Below, one piece after another: positions 1 to 8,154 of a stretch of 45,074 nucleotides of DNA (positions are counted from its first letter, which is position 1; each line of letters opens with the position of its first letter). The DNA lies in NCBI GenBank assembly GCA_028473545.1, contig GCA_028473545.1_4546.1; one strand, 5' to 3'. The translations under genes and the position numbers were made by a program. Origin of the DNA: a phage. Below the pieces are notes generated by a model, which made no database searches, was not told the DNA's origin, and saw nothing but the letters and a program-made list of their open reading frames with translations.

Positions 1-8
1 AAAAAAAA

Positions 9-35
9 AGCGCCGAGGCAAAATGCGACGGCGCT
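9..35 (-). terminator. Hairpin followed (on minus strand) by a T9 run; possible rho-independent terminator at window edge
   Basis: agcgccg (9-15) pairs with cggcgct (29-35), 13-nt loop; plus-strand A9 at 1-9 becomes a 3' T-tract on the minus strand. Large loop makes this weak. Confidence 0.25.
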
Positions 36-105
36 AACCAATAAGAGACAATGAGACGTGATTATTATTACACGCGTGCGCGCCCGTTTCAATATACAAA
101 AGGAG

Positions 106-134
106 TTGACACCCCGCATTTTTAGGTGTAGTTT
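106..134 (+). promoter_or_regulatory. Sigma70-like early promoter (rightward)
   Basis: TTGACA at 106-111, 17-nt spacer, TAGTTT at 129-134; about 30 nt upstream of RBS caggag and ATG at 166. The string TTGACACCCCGCAT is shared with the leftward promoter at the window end. Confidence 0.45.
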
Positions 135-165
135 CATTGGTCATTAACCAACAGGAGACTGAATT

Positions 166-495
166 ATGAATATCAAAGAAGCAATTGAAGTGTTATCTAA
201 TGCAATCCGCGGCGAAGCGGGTAAATCCTGGTATTACACAAATGCGGTGGATACTCTGTTATTTGAAGTGTCCAGATTATCGCGTGCTGAGAAGGAGCTT
301 ACCGCGAAGCTGGAATTGCTCAACGGCACGGCAGCAAGCAAGCTGCAAAAACACAATGAAGAAATGGAAGAATACAAAAAGCAGGTTATCCGTTTGCGCG
401 ACGAGGGCAAGTCCTGGGCGATGATTGCCGAGTTGACCGGAATTAATCAGAGCACCGTGCGCTCCTGGGTACGCAATAATAAAACTTCTAAGTAA
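166..495 (+). CDS. Small DNA-binding protein with C-terminal helix-turn-helix (putative early transcriptional regulator)
   Basis: 109-aa ORF with RBS caggag before the ATG; C-terminal GKSWAMIAELTGINQSTVRSWV resembles an HTH; first gene downstream of the rightward early promoter. Confidence 0.55.
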   Translation: MNIKEAIEVLSNAIRGEAGKSWYYTNAVDTLLFEVSRLSRAEKELTAKLELLNGTAASKLQKHNEEMEEYKKQVIRLRDEGKSWAMIAELTGINQSTVRSWVRNNKTSK

Positions 496-505
496 GGCAA
501 CGGCA

Positions 506-2770
506 ATGAGCTTAATTAAATTCGCAGTAACAAGACCCGCTAAAAAAGGCGAAAAAGCCAGGGCGGAAAACTTCGAGATGACCACTGATGAATTTTTCGA
601 ATTTATCAATGATGCGAAAGAAATCTCGTCGGTGCATATCAACAAGACAGAAGATAAAGCCGAGTATGCGCGCCGCAAGCGTAAGGCAGATGGTATCGTG
701 GCCTACACCAATGATGGATTACGCCGCAAGACCAGTGCGGTCGACCGCTCGATCCTGTTCTTTGATATCGACCGTACTGACACCCGCACTTTACGCCGCT
801 GCCGTAGGGCGTTCACCGACGCTGGCCTGGAGCACGTATTTCACACCACCACCGGCGACCGTCACCCACTGAAAGGCGGCACACGTTGCGCCCGTTTCCT
901 GGTGCTCACTGACAAGCCTGTACCGGCGGAAGACCTGGGCCGCGTCCAGTATGCGTTATTAAACCAACTGGGCCTGTCAGATGTGGACTTCGACGATTGT
1001 ACGAAAGACACCAACCGCCTTATGTACCTGCCTCACCAGCAGTCAGTCATTAAGTGCCACTACGGCAAGCGCGCCCGTGTCCGTCGTCTGCTTCGCCTGG
1101 CTGACAAGCTGGGAGTGGAGAAAGAGGAAGTACGCCGCGAACTGACCCAGGGCGACGATGGCGTGGCGGACGGGATTCTGGATTGGTGCTTCCAGGCTGG
1201 CTTTGAACCGCTGTCATCCGGTCGCGGTTATGAAGTGCCGTGCCCGAACGAGCACCTGCATAGCGGCGGCGGGTCGACGGCTATCATGGTTAAGGATGGC
1301 GAGATCCGTTTTAAATGTATGCACACCGGCAACGAGTGTTGCTCCGAACTGAACAAACACCAGCACCTGGCGTTACGTCTGATCGGTATCCCGGACCACT
1401 TGAACGTTGAACCGCACAACATGTCACGCAAGCAAATCGCCGCCATCCTTCCGGGACTGGACGACGAGGAAGTGGAATCATGCTATGAACATATTGTTGA
1501 TGCGGTCGGCGACGGCGACGAGTACGGCGAATGCACCGACGCTGACCTGGACAACGAACCTGTTGCACTATTCAGTAAGCACGACCCGATCATCGAAGGC
1601 CTGGTCAACTTCAAATCGACCTGGTATCTTGCCGGTGAATCGAACATCGGTAAGTCGTTCTATGTGCTGGGCCAGATGGCGTCCGTATCCGCCGGTATTC
1701 CGTTTGGTGGCGCGAAGGTCGTCCAGTGCCATAACTTCTATTTCGATGCGGAAGGTGGCGAAGCCTCCAACCAGCGTAAGGAAGCATTGCAGATTAAATA
1801 CGAGCACGACCTCGACAAGCTGCACATTGTCGACCTGCAATCACGCGGCTGGGATATTACCAGCAAGTCAGGCTTGCGTGAGGTTATCAGCTTTATCAAC
1901 CGCACCGCTAACGGGGAACCGGTTGGCCTGGTGGCATTCGACTCACTCAACCAGACTGTCGCGCTGCGATCCGCTGATGCCAAACCGTTCGACGAGAACA
2001 ACGCCAGCGATATGGGCGAAGTGGTCAAGGCGCTGAAGGCCATTGCGGAAAATACAGGTGGCAGTGCGGGCGTCATCCATCACCCGGCTAAGGGCGCAAA
2101 CGGCAGCAGATCGCCACGCGGGTCCGGCGCGCTTCATGGTGCTGTTGATTCTGCGTTCTTCCTGGAACAGCCGGATGACAACCAGCCAGGCCAACTCAAC
2201 CTGTATCACGAAAAATCCCGTAACGGGATTAAGCAAGCGCCGCGTGGCTTCGTCCTGCTCAAATGCAAGGTGAAGGTGGATCTCCGTAAGTCCGAGGCGT
2301 TCGAAGCCCACCAGTCCACCAGCACCGGTCCGGACTTCGGCGATGTGGTTGCCGGTTGGGACGTCAAGCCAATTGCATCCACGCCACGCGACGAGACTCT
2401 CTACCTCGTACCGGTCGCCCTGGCACCGTTCGCTGTCGAACAGGCTAAGGCCGCAGGCAAGGCCGCAGTTAAGGAAGAGAACACCGCCGGACCGCGCAAC
2501 GAAAAAGAGAAGGTGCTTTATGCGGCACTGGAAAAACTGATGGAAGATAACCCGGACCATACTGGATTCAGTAAATCGGCAATTGTCCGCCAGGCTGGAC
2601 TCGCGAAAGGCGGAACATCGACGAAGGCAATCGACGATATGGTGGAGCGCGGCGTGCTCGGGTTTTATACAGATCCACACACTGGGGCCATCTACGGGTC
2701 GTCGAATCTGGTCATCAAATCGGATATACCCATCACGCTTTCAGCGACCGATGACGACCTGAAAGATTAA
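506..2770 (+). CDS. Putative bifunctional DNA primase/helicase (primase-like N-terminus plus RecA/DnaB-like ATPase)
   Basis: 754-aa ORF; N-terminal acidic motif FFDIDR and Cys/His cluster CPNEHLHSGGG...CMHTGNEC; Walker-A-like GESNIGKS in the centre. Product inferred from motifs only. Confidence 0.6.
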   Translation: MSLIKFAVTRPAKKGEKARAENFEMTTDEFFEFINDAKEISSVHINKTEDKAEYARRKRKADGIVAYTNDGLRRKTSAVDRSILFFDIDRTDTRTLRRCRRAFTDAGLEHVFHTTTGDRHPLKGGTRCARFLVLTDKPVPAEDLGRVQYALLNQLGLSDVDFDDCTKDTNRLMYLPHQQSVIKCHYGKRARVRRLLRLADKLGVEKEEVRRELTQGDDGVADGILDWCFQAGFEPLSSGRGYEVPCPNEHLHSGGGSTAIMVKDGEIRFKCMHTGNECCSELNKHQHLALRLIGIPDHLNVEPHNMSRKQIAAILPGLDDEEVESCYEHIVDAVGDGDEYGECTDADLDNEPVALFSKHDPIIEGLVNFKSTWYLAGESNIGKSFYVLGQMASVSAGIPFGGAKVVQCHNFYFDAEGGEASNQRKEALQIKYEHDLDKLHIVDLQSRGWDITSKSGLREVISFINRTANGEPVGLVAFDSLNQTVALRSADAKPFDENNASDMGEVVKALKAIAENTGGSAGVIHHPAKGANGSRSPRGSGALHGAVDSAFFLEQPDDNQPGQLNLYHEKSRNGIKQAPRGFVLLKCKVKVDLRKSEAFEAHQSTSTGPDFGDVVAGWDVKPIASTPRDETLYLVPVALAPFAVEQAKAAGKAAVKEENTAGPRNEKEKVLYAALEKLMEDNPDHTGFSKSAIVRQAGLAKGGTSTKAIDDMVERGVLGFYTDPHTGAIYGSSNLVIKSDIPITLSATDDDLKD

Positions 2771-2852
2771 ATTTTGCGCGCATTGGTTGCCATTTTGAGT
2801 GTTTTTAGCTGGTCGCATTGGTTGCCGTGTAGTGTAAATATAGTGAATAGTT

Positions 2853-3058
2853 ATGCAGTTTTATTGCATAAAGTAAGCGGGACAAAAAGCGGGACAGACA
2901 GGGGCGGGACAAAGCGGGACAGCACCCCTGTCCCGCCCCGGATGGCGCGGCTTGCGGGGGAGCGGGACAGGCGGGACAAACCCCAGTCTTTCAGACTAGA
3001 CGGGGGTCAGTTGGCCCCCCTCGTCTGAGACTGCATAAAATCCGGGATTGCATAATGT
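2853..3058. repeat. Iteron module A: GCGGGACA octamer array, GC-rich hairpin and paired TGCATAA boxes
   Basis: Direct GCGGGACA copies at about 2877, 2889, 2904, 2914, 2962, 2971 and an inverted TGTCCCGC at about 2929; imperfect hairpin 2981-3033 (agacggggg..cccccctcgtct); TGCATAA pairs at 2853-2873 and 3036-3056. Noncoding. About 170 bp is near-identical to 20700-20870. Confidence 0.7.
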
Positions 3059-3185
3059 ACGGCAGCATGATGTGAATTGCTGTCGTCGACGAACTAGGCA
3101 ACCAATGCGTGTTGCAAAATGGAGAGTGAAAAATGCAGTTTGCAGTTACAGCGGATAGGGATCGGCTTTTTCATACGCGTGATTA

Positions 3186-3232
3186 ATATTGGTTGCATTC
3201 AGCCTGGCACCCTGCTAGATTGGTTGCACACC
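3186..3232 (+). promoter_or_regulatory. Promoter-like region with two ATTGGTTGCA boxes upstream of the 3250 gene
   Basis: ATTGGTTGCAT then 17-nt spacer then TAGATT, followed by a second ATTGGTTGCACACCAACAAGAGG directly before the RBS and ATG at 3250. Confidence 0.35.
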
Positions 3233-3249
3233 AACAAGAGGATTGAACA

Positions 3250-3576
3250 ATGAGAGCATTAATCTGGAATTACTCACTGGCAATGGCGGCGGCACAAGAA
3301 GCGGCGGAGTTCGCCGGTGAAGGGGCGGAAGCGGTCGAAAGACTAGCGGCAGCGTGGTCCGTTGTTCGCTTCGCGCAGCAGGCCATCGCCTGGATGCTTG
3401 AGCGCCGCTTCGACACGATGGCGGAGATCCAGCCGTTGGCGAACGCTATCCAGGACTACGCGCTTGCATTTGCCCGTGAGCGCCTGGCGTATCGCTTCGG
3501 TATTGGCGATAAGGCAGTGACAAACGTCGCCAGGATTAAAGCCCAGCGCGAACTATTCGCCCAGCTTGCGAAATAA
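3250..3576 (+). CDS. Hypothetical early protein
   Basis: 108-aa ORF with RBS aagagg; Ala-rich and helical; no recognisable motif. Confidence 0.5.
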   Translation: MRALIWNYSLAMAAAQEAAEFAGEGAEAVERLAAAWSVVRFAQQAIAWMLERRFDTMAEIQPLANAIQDYALAFARERLAYRFGIGDKAVTNVARIKAQRELFAQLAK

Positions 3577-3585
3577 GGGGCTAAA

Positions 3586-3855
3586 ATGAGCCGTAGGCGA
3601 GCTAAACAGCTTTCTTGGCACATTCCCCTGCATTGCATACGAATATGGGCTAAGAACGCGATTGAGGGCGATTCCGTGTACTGGTGCTATCGCGATGACG
3701 TGAAGCCACTAACGCAGACTCGCTACTTGCACCAGTTCGCAGCACAACATGATTTCTATGTGCGGACTTCCTTGCAACCAATGGGAATACGTATTACATT
3801 ACGCCGGAAGCCCGCCGTTGAGCGGGTAGGCAAACACTGGAGACTGAGCAAATGA
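3586..3855 (+). CDS. Hypothetical early protein
   Basis: 89-aa ORF tightly packed after the previous gene; no motif recognised. Confidence 0.4.
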   Translation: MSRRRAKQLSWHIPLHCIRIWAKNAIEGDSVYWCYRDDVKPLTQTRYLHQFAAQHDFYVRTSLQPMGIRITLRRKPAVERVGKHWRLSK

Positions 3856-4061
3856 CGCCAATGCAAATAACGCTAATGGACGGCTTCTTACAAGGTAATA
3901 TCGACCTGGACAGCTGCCGCGACTCCTACACCTATTACGGCATCGCTACGGTATGCGACGGCGACAGCAAAACTGCCGACGAGGTCGACGAAAGCGAATG
4001 CGACCACAACCCGCAAGATGAAATCATCGTGTGCGACAAGTGCGGCACGGTTAAACTTTAA
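3852..4061 (+). CDS. Hypothetical small acidic Cys-containing protein (possible zinc ribbon)
   Basis: 69-aa ORF; start overlaps the upstream stop (ATGA type); C-terminal CDHNPQDEIIVCDKCG. Confidence 0.4.
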   Translation: MTPMQITLMDGFLQGNIDLDSCRDSYTYYGIATVCDGDSKTADEVDESECDHNPQDEIIVCDKCGTVKL

Positions 4062-4074
4062 GGAGACTGAGAAA

Positions 4075-4707
4075 ATGAAATTACTATTCCGCCGTAACTC
4101 AGATGGCTATATCCTGAAGCCGATCCAGACCTTATCGAACTGGGTACGCCTCCACCACGTTGCAAGCGATAAAGTCTGGTGGGCGACTAAGGCAAAGCTG
4201 CCGGAGTACTACGAAATCCTCACACACGATATCGAGCGCGGCGATGTGCTGCGGGATATTCGCGACGGGCAATTGTGGGTCGTGGAATACACCTACCGGC
4301 ACGGCCTGCGTATGACGTCCCGCAAGGATGGCGTAGCGGGCAACATGGTCAAGGGCATGACGTACTTCGGGCTAATCAACTACGAACGAGTGGGCCGCAA
4401 GTACAGCAAGCGTGACCGCCAGCCACATGAGCGAGCGAACGCCATAGCTGACGTCGTCAACCGCGTAACGCGTGAGGTGGCGCAGAAGATGAGCGTTGAG
4501 TTCCGCAAATCCCAGCCAGCGTATGCGACCTACGACGCCCGCCAGGTGCAGGCCAGACTTAACAAGGCCACGCATGAGATAATTAATCACGTTGATGCCG
4601 TGACGAATGCGCAGCGCATGGCCCGCGAATACGGCGTAGGATTCATCCGTGTCGAGCAAGACGGCAGCATGTCCGCTACAGACCCGCGCTCGGTAATACT
4701 GAAATGA
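4075..4707 (+). CDS. Hypothetical protein
   Basis: Internal ATG at 4075 preceded by aggag at 4061-4065; 210 aa; no motif recognised. Confidence 0.5.
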   Translation: MKLLFRRNSDGYILKPIQTLSNWVRLHHVASDKVWWATKAKLPEYYEILTHDIERGDVLRDIRDGQLWVVEYTYRHGLRMTSRKDGVAGNMVKGMTYFGLINYERVGRKYSKRDRQPHERANAIADVVNRVTREVAQKMSVEFRKSQPAYATYDARQVQARLNKATHEIINHVDAVTNAQRMAREYGVGFIRVEQDGSMSATDPRSVILK

Positions 4708-4828
4708 GCGCGACTATCCGTGATATGCTTATGCATAACCGCTTTGAGATAGGCGGGCGAGTATTCTGCAATTACTTCGTGGCGCGTGCTTGGGCGCGCC
4801 ATATCGGAAAACCAGTAGGGGCAATACG

Positions 4829-5116
4829 ATGCTACACGATTTGATATTTTGGTTTGGTTTGGGGTGTGCGTCACTCTTTGTTGTGGTGCTGGCGCTGTTG
4901 GTATGGCTATTCCTGGTATGGCCCGCGGTGGAAGCCGCCAGCATTACCCGGATGACGTTCCAGATATACAAGCGCCGAGGCATAACGGAACACCCGACCA
5001 GGTTGCGCATGTGGTGGCTATGGTATCGGGATATGATTGGGGGCAGGATGTTTGAGGCCGTCCGATCGGACGGATGGGAATGGAAAGGCGTCGGCAAGTG
5101 GTCCATTTTCGATTAA
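4829..5116 (+). CDS. Small membrane protein (one N-terminal transmembrane helix)
   Basis: Start taken at MLHDLIFWF with an agggg RBS; hydrophobic FGLGCASLFVVVLALLVWLFLVW segment; lies just upstream of the lysis cassette. Confidence 0.4.
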   Translation: MLHDLIFWFGLGCASLFVVVLALLVWLFLVWPAVEAASITRMTFQIYKRRGITEHPTRLRMWWLWYRDMIGGRMFEAVRSDGWEWKGVGKWSIFD

Positions 5117-5133
5117 ATATGCAAGCGTGATAT

Positions 5134-5168
5134 AGTCCCAGTGAGCTAAAACTTACTGGGACTTTTTT
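5134..5168 (+). terminator. Rho-independent-type hairpin plus T6 immediately before the 5169 ATG
   Basis: agtcccagtgag..cttactgggact stem followed by tttttt; the ATG at 5169 follows directly without an obvious SD. Confidence 0.4.
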
Positions 5169-5459
5169 ATGGATAAGCTAAACGAGTGGTTATTCGCCCT
5201 CGCGTGTCTTGCAGGTGGCTTCGTTGGCGCTCGCATTCACGGTGAGGCAACGAAAGGGCCGCTAAATTTTGTGTTGTTTATCGTGGTCGGCTTCTTGTGC
5301 GCCGTGTTTGGGGCACCAGCTATTGCCGAGTGGTTTAATCTAACCGGACCGAGAACTGTCGCCGGTCTTGGCTTCGTAACGGCAATCTTCTGGATGCCGG
5401 TCGCCGCCAGAATCCGTGAAGCAATTTCCTCGTTCCGTCTGCCGGGGAATGCAAAATGA
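5169..5459 (+). CDS. Holin-like membrane protein
   Basis: 96 aa with multiple hydrophobic helices; directly upstream of a second small membrane protein and the endolysin. Confidence 0.5.
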   Translation: MDKLNEWLFALACLAGGFVGARIHGEATKGPLNFVLFIVVGFLCAVFGAPAIAEWFNLTGPRTVAGLGFVTAIFWMPVAARIREAISSFRLPGNAK

Positions 5460-5695
5460 TTATCGCCATCCTGTTATTAGTGATCGGGGCTTCGTCGCTG
5501 TATAACGTATACGCGCCATCCGTCCAGGATGGCATTTGCGGACGGGTGCTCTACCTGCTTACAGCAATGACCTGTATTATTGGCCTGATGCAAACGGGGG
5601 ACGTATCGAATACAGTCTGGTCCGTGCTAATCTGGCTATTCGCATTACGCACACTGCGTAATGCTGTTTTAAATGGGGTAAAACATGCGATTTAG
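5456..5695 (+). CDS. Holin/antiholin-like membrane protein
   Basis: 79 aa, very hydrophobic; ATGA start/stop overlap with the upstream gene; precedes the endolysin. Confidence 0.5.
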   Translation: MIIAILLLVIGASSLYNVYAPSVQDGICGRVLYLLTAMTCIIGLMQTGDVSNTVWSVLIWLFALRTLRNAVLNGVKHAI

Positions 5696-6176
5696 TGACA
5701 ACGGTCTAAGATTTACGGCAGCGTGGGAGTCGTTCAGCCCAGTGCCGTATTTCGCGACTAAGAAGGAGCAGGCCCGCGGCTTGTACACCTGGGGCTACGG
5801 TCATACTGGCACTAATCCGCCACAGAGCATTACCCGCGCGGAAGCGCTGGAGCTACTCAAGCGTGATGTGGCGTATGCCGAGAACTGGGTGAACAAGTAC
5901 GCACACCCGAGCATCAATCAGGCGCAATTCGACGCGCTGGTGGATCTGGTAATCAATGCCGGTCAAGGTCCAATCGTACCGGACAACATTGCCAATGACT
6001 TCGATGACGCGGTGCGCCTGGGTGACTGGGCGAAAGTCCGAGCTACGCTGCCGCAGTTCCGCAAGCAAGGCGGGGAAGTGCTCAAGGGTCTTGTCCGTCG
6101 TGCAATCGGCAGACAGGCGCTATTCGATGGTAAGCAGTGGGACGTTGCCGAGAAAATCGGTCGTAACGCGGCATAA
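5685..6176 (+). CDS. Endolysin, T4-lysozyme-like (GH24) muramidase
   Basis: 163 aa; N-terminal E..RL..Y.D..G.WT.GYGHT pattern matches the T4/P22 lysozyme catalytic region; follows the two holin-like genes. Confidence 0.75.
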   Translation: MRFSDNGLRFTAAWESFSPVPYFATKKEQARGLYTWGYGHTGTNPPQSITRAEALELLKRDVAYAENWVNKYAHPSINQAQFDALVDLVINAGQGPIVPDNIANDFDDAVRLGDWAKVRATLPQFRKQGGEVLKGLVRRAIGRQALFDGKQWDVAEKIGRNAA

Positions 6177-6192
6177 TACGAGGAAACACAGT

Positions 6193-6306
6193 ATGTTAAA
6201 AAGTATTCTTGATCATAACGCGGACGCGCTTGCCGCACTGGCTAAAACGGAAGACCCAGGCGCGCGCCATTATCGCGGACACTATCAGTCATGCTGGCGT
6301 CTTTGA
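6193..6306 (+). CDS. Small hypothetical protein (37 aa)
   Basis: ATG at 6193 with aggaaa upstream; below the ORF-track size cutoff. Confidence 0.25.
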   Translation: MLKSILDHNADALAALAKTEDPGARHYRGHYQSCWRL

Positions 6307-6364
6307 CGCTAAGTTGCCGAGTCCGCCACCGCCGGAAGAACCAGGCCCAACGGTGTGAAATCAC

Positions 6365-6392
6365 AAGCCCGGCTAATGTCGGGCTTTTTATT
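6365..6392 (+). terminator. Rho-independent terminator after the lysis cassette
   Basis: agcccg..cgggct stem followed by ttttta. Confidence 0.45.
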
Positions 6393-6394
6393 GC

Positions 6395-6433
6395 TTGACT
6401 TGCAACCAACATAGAGGCCATACTGCAACCAAT
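6395..6433 (+). promoter_or_regulatory. Promoter-like element with two TGCAACCAA boxes
   Basis: TTGACT at 6395-6400, CATACT about 18 nt downstream; TGCAACCAA at 6401-6409 and 6424-6432. Confidence 0.35.
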
Positions 6434-6455
6434 CAACGAGAAGGAGTAATACACT

Positions 6456-6542
6456 ATGACACGCAATGATATTTATGTACTGGCAATCTGGTCCGCAGCG
6501 GCCTTTATCGGAATGGTAATTTGTGAGGTGATGTATGGCTGA
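6456..6542 (+). CDS. Small hydrophobic peptide (28 aa)
   Basis: aaggag RBS 9 nt upstream of the ATG; sequence MTRNDIYVLAIWSAAAFIGMVICEVMYG; not verified. Confidence 0.25.
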   Translation: MTRNDIYVLAIWSAAAFIGMVICEVMYG

Positions 6543-6708
6543 GTTAATCCGCCTGATGGCGCGGGATGAACACGTGAAAGTAACATTCTATGAAGGCGGC
6601 AAGTGCTGCCGAGTGGAGTGCTGCGACCGTGGCGTTAAAATGCAATTCGAAGGATACACGGACACTATTGTTGATATTCTTCGCGACCTGGGGACGATCC
6701 GCGGCTGA
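6535..6708 (+). CDS. Small Cys-containing hypothetical protein (57 aa)
   Basis: ATG overlaps the upstream stop (ATGGCTGA); gaggtg RBS; contains CC..CC pairs. Confidence 0.3.
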   Translation: MAELIRLMARDEHVKVTFYEGGKCCRVECCDRGVKMQFEGYTDTIVDILRDLGTIRG

Positions 6709-6755
6709 GGCCGTGGTATATTGTCCCCGGACCCATAATCAGGAAGTAAATTAAT

Positions 6756-7898
6756 ATGCACCCTCAAACTAAAATTACCGACGAGCAATTGATCGCTGAA
6801 TTGCAATCTGGCACTACCTCGAAAGATATTGCGAAGAAATACGGCATTGCCCTTCGAAATGTCTATATGCGCAAAGCCCGCCTGTCGAAGAAAGGTATTG
6901 GACACGGCAACGATGCTGTAATCCGTAAGCGCGTTGCCGATGGCTTCGGCGTTAAGCGTGTATCCGCCCTGGTGCGTGGCAATGGCGAGGAGGTCATGTC
7001 CTGGGTCATCACCGAGCAGGACAAGGAGCGCCAACTCGAAGCAATGCGCGCCGTTGTCGAGGGCATGAATAGCGAAATCACACCGGCAGCACCAGTGAGC
7101 GCTCCGCCAGTCCCGATCCAGGCGCTTGACCTGCTTAACCTGTATACCGTGTCTGACTTCCACCTGGGAATGTTGGCGTGGGGCGAGGAAACTGGCGAAG
7201 ACTGGGATATGGCAATCGCCGAAGACCTTTTTTACCGCTGGTTTGTCGAGGCCTTCGCACGCGCACCGGACGCTGGCACTGCCGTTATCAATATCCTCGG
7301 TGGTATGGCGCATTTTGATAGCCTCGACGCCGTCACTCCAGCCAGTGGTCACGTACTGGACGCGGACACCCGCTACCAGAAGTTGGTCCGCTACATGATT
7401 CGCATGGTGCGCAACGTGGTTGAACTGGCGCTGCAAAAACACCATAAGGTCAAACTGCTAATCGTCCAGGGTAATCATGATGAGTCCGGTATGATTTGGC
7501 TGGCGGAGATGTTCAATACCCTGTACGAGAACGAGCCGCGCGTCGATGTGGATACATCCCCGGACGTTTACAAAATGGTGCAGCACGGAAAGACAACGCT
7601 GTTTTTCCACCACGGGCACAAAGCACGCTTTGATGCTATCGAGCCGGTTATGATTTCTAAATTCAGACAGGCTTTCGGTTCCAGTGAGTACAGCTACGCG
7701 CATGTAGGCCACTTGCACCACCAGAAGATTGTAGAATCCCGCAACATGATTGTCGAACAGCACCGGACCCTTGCCGCGAAAGACGCATATGCAAGCCGCG
7801 GCGGTTGGATGTCTGGTCGCAGTGCAAACGTCATCACCTATAGCGCCAACTATGGCGAAGTAGCGCGCTTAACCATTAGCCCGGAAATGTTGAAATGA
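6756..7898 (+). CDS. HTH domain fused to a calcineurin-like metallophosphoesterase (phosphatase or nuclease)
   Basis: 380 aa; N-terminal HTH-like stretch (SKDIAKKYGIALRNVYMRKARL); metallophosphatase motifs DFHLG, GNHDESG, HHGHK, GHLHH. Confidence 0.6.
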   Translation: MHPQTKITDEQLIAELQSGTTSKDIAKKYGIALRNVYMRKARLSKKGIGHGNDAVIRKRVADGFGVKRVSALVRGNGEEVMSWVITEQDKERQLEAMRAVVEGMNSEITPAAPVSAPPVPIQALDLLNLYTVSDFHLGMLAWGEETGEDWDMAIAEDLFYRWFVEAFARAPDAGTAVINILGGMAHFDSLDAVTPASGHVLDADTRYQKLVRYMIRMVRNVVELALQKHHKVKLLIVQGNHDESGMIWLAEMFNTLYENEPRVDVDTSPDVYKMVQHGKTTLFFHHGHKARFDAIEPVMISKFRQAFGSSEYSYAHVGHLHHQKIVESRNMIVEQHRTLAAKDAYASRGGWMSGRSANVITYSANYGEVARLTISPEMLK

Positions 7899-8107
7899 TT
7901 AGACAAGTATTCATGAGCACGCAGGCCACCTGCCTGAAAGAGCTACGCAAACAACTCGAAGGCTTGCGCCGATTCGAACGAACGGCAGCGGCAATCGGCA
8001 TGTCTATCAGTGAGCGGATCGAGATACTATCGCAGATACGCTACACAGAAGGCGCTATAAGCGAAGTAGAAAGCATGTTGACCAGATACTACGGTCGCGC
8101 CGTTTAA
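7895..8107 (+). CDS. Hypothetical protein
   Basis: 70-aa ORF with ATGA overlap to the upstream gene. Confidence 0.4.
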   Translation: MIRQVFMSTQATCLKELRKQLEGLRRFERTAAAIGMSISERIEILSQIRYTEGAISEVESMLTRYYGRAV

Positions 8108-8112
8108 TCCTC

Positions 8113-8141
8113 CCAGCCCGCCGATTTGGTGGGCTTTTTTG
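8113..8141 (+). terminator. Rho-independent-type terminator
   Basis: agcccgcc..ggtgggct stem (one G-U pair) followed by tttttt. Confidence 0.4.
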
Positions 8142-8144
8142 TGC

Positions 8145-8154
8145 CTGTTATAAT
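8145..8154 (+). promoter_or_regulatory. Extended -10 promoter element upstream of the terminase genes
   Basis: TGtTATAAT at about 8145-8154; weak -35 (TTGGTG). Confidence 0.3.

Noticed and set aside
1-35. A-run plus hairpin at the window start as a plus-strand terminator
   Set aside because: On the plus strand the A-run precedes the hairpin, so it cannot be a rho-independent terminator in that direction; kept only as a weak minus-strand candidate.
1943-2680. 245-aa minus-strand ORF inside the primase/helicase gene
   Set aside because: Antisense to a gene with recognisable motifs; no RBS; typical shadow ORF. The same reasoning applies to 1407-2036, 1738-2076 and other nested entries.
2877-2978. 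GCGGGACA repeat clusters (also 20545-20820) as a possible CRISPR array
   Set aside because: Units are only 8 bp, irregularly spaced, in both orientations, without uniform spacers or nearby cas genes; they look like protein-binding iterons.
6588-7445. 285-aa minus-strand ORF antisense to the HTH-metallophosphatase gene
   Set aside because: The plus-strand frame carries a complete metallophosphatase motif set; the antisense ORF has none and no RBS.
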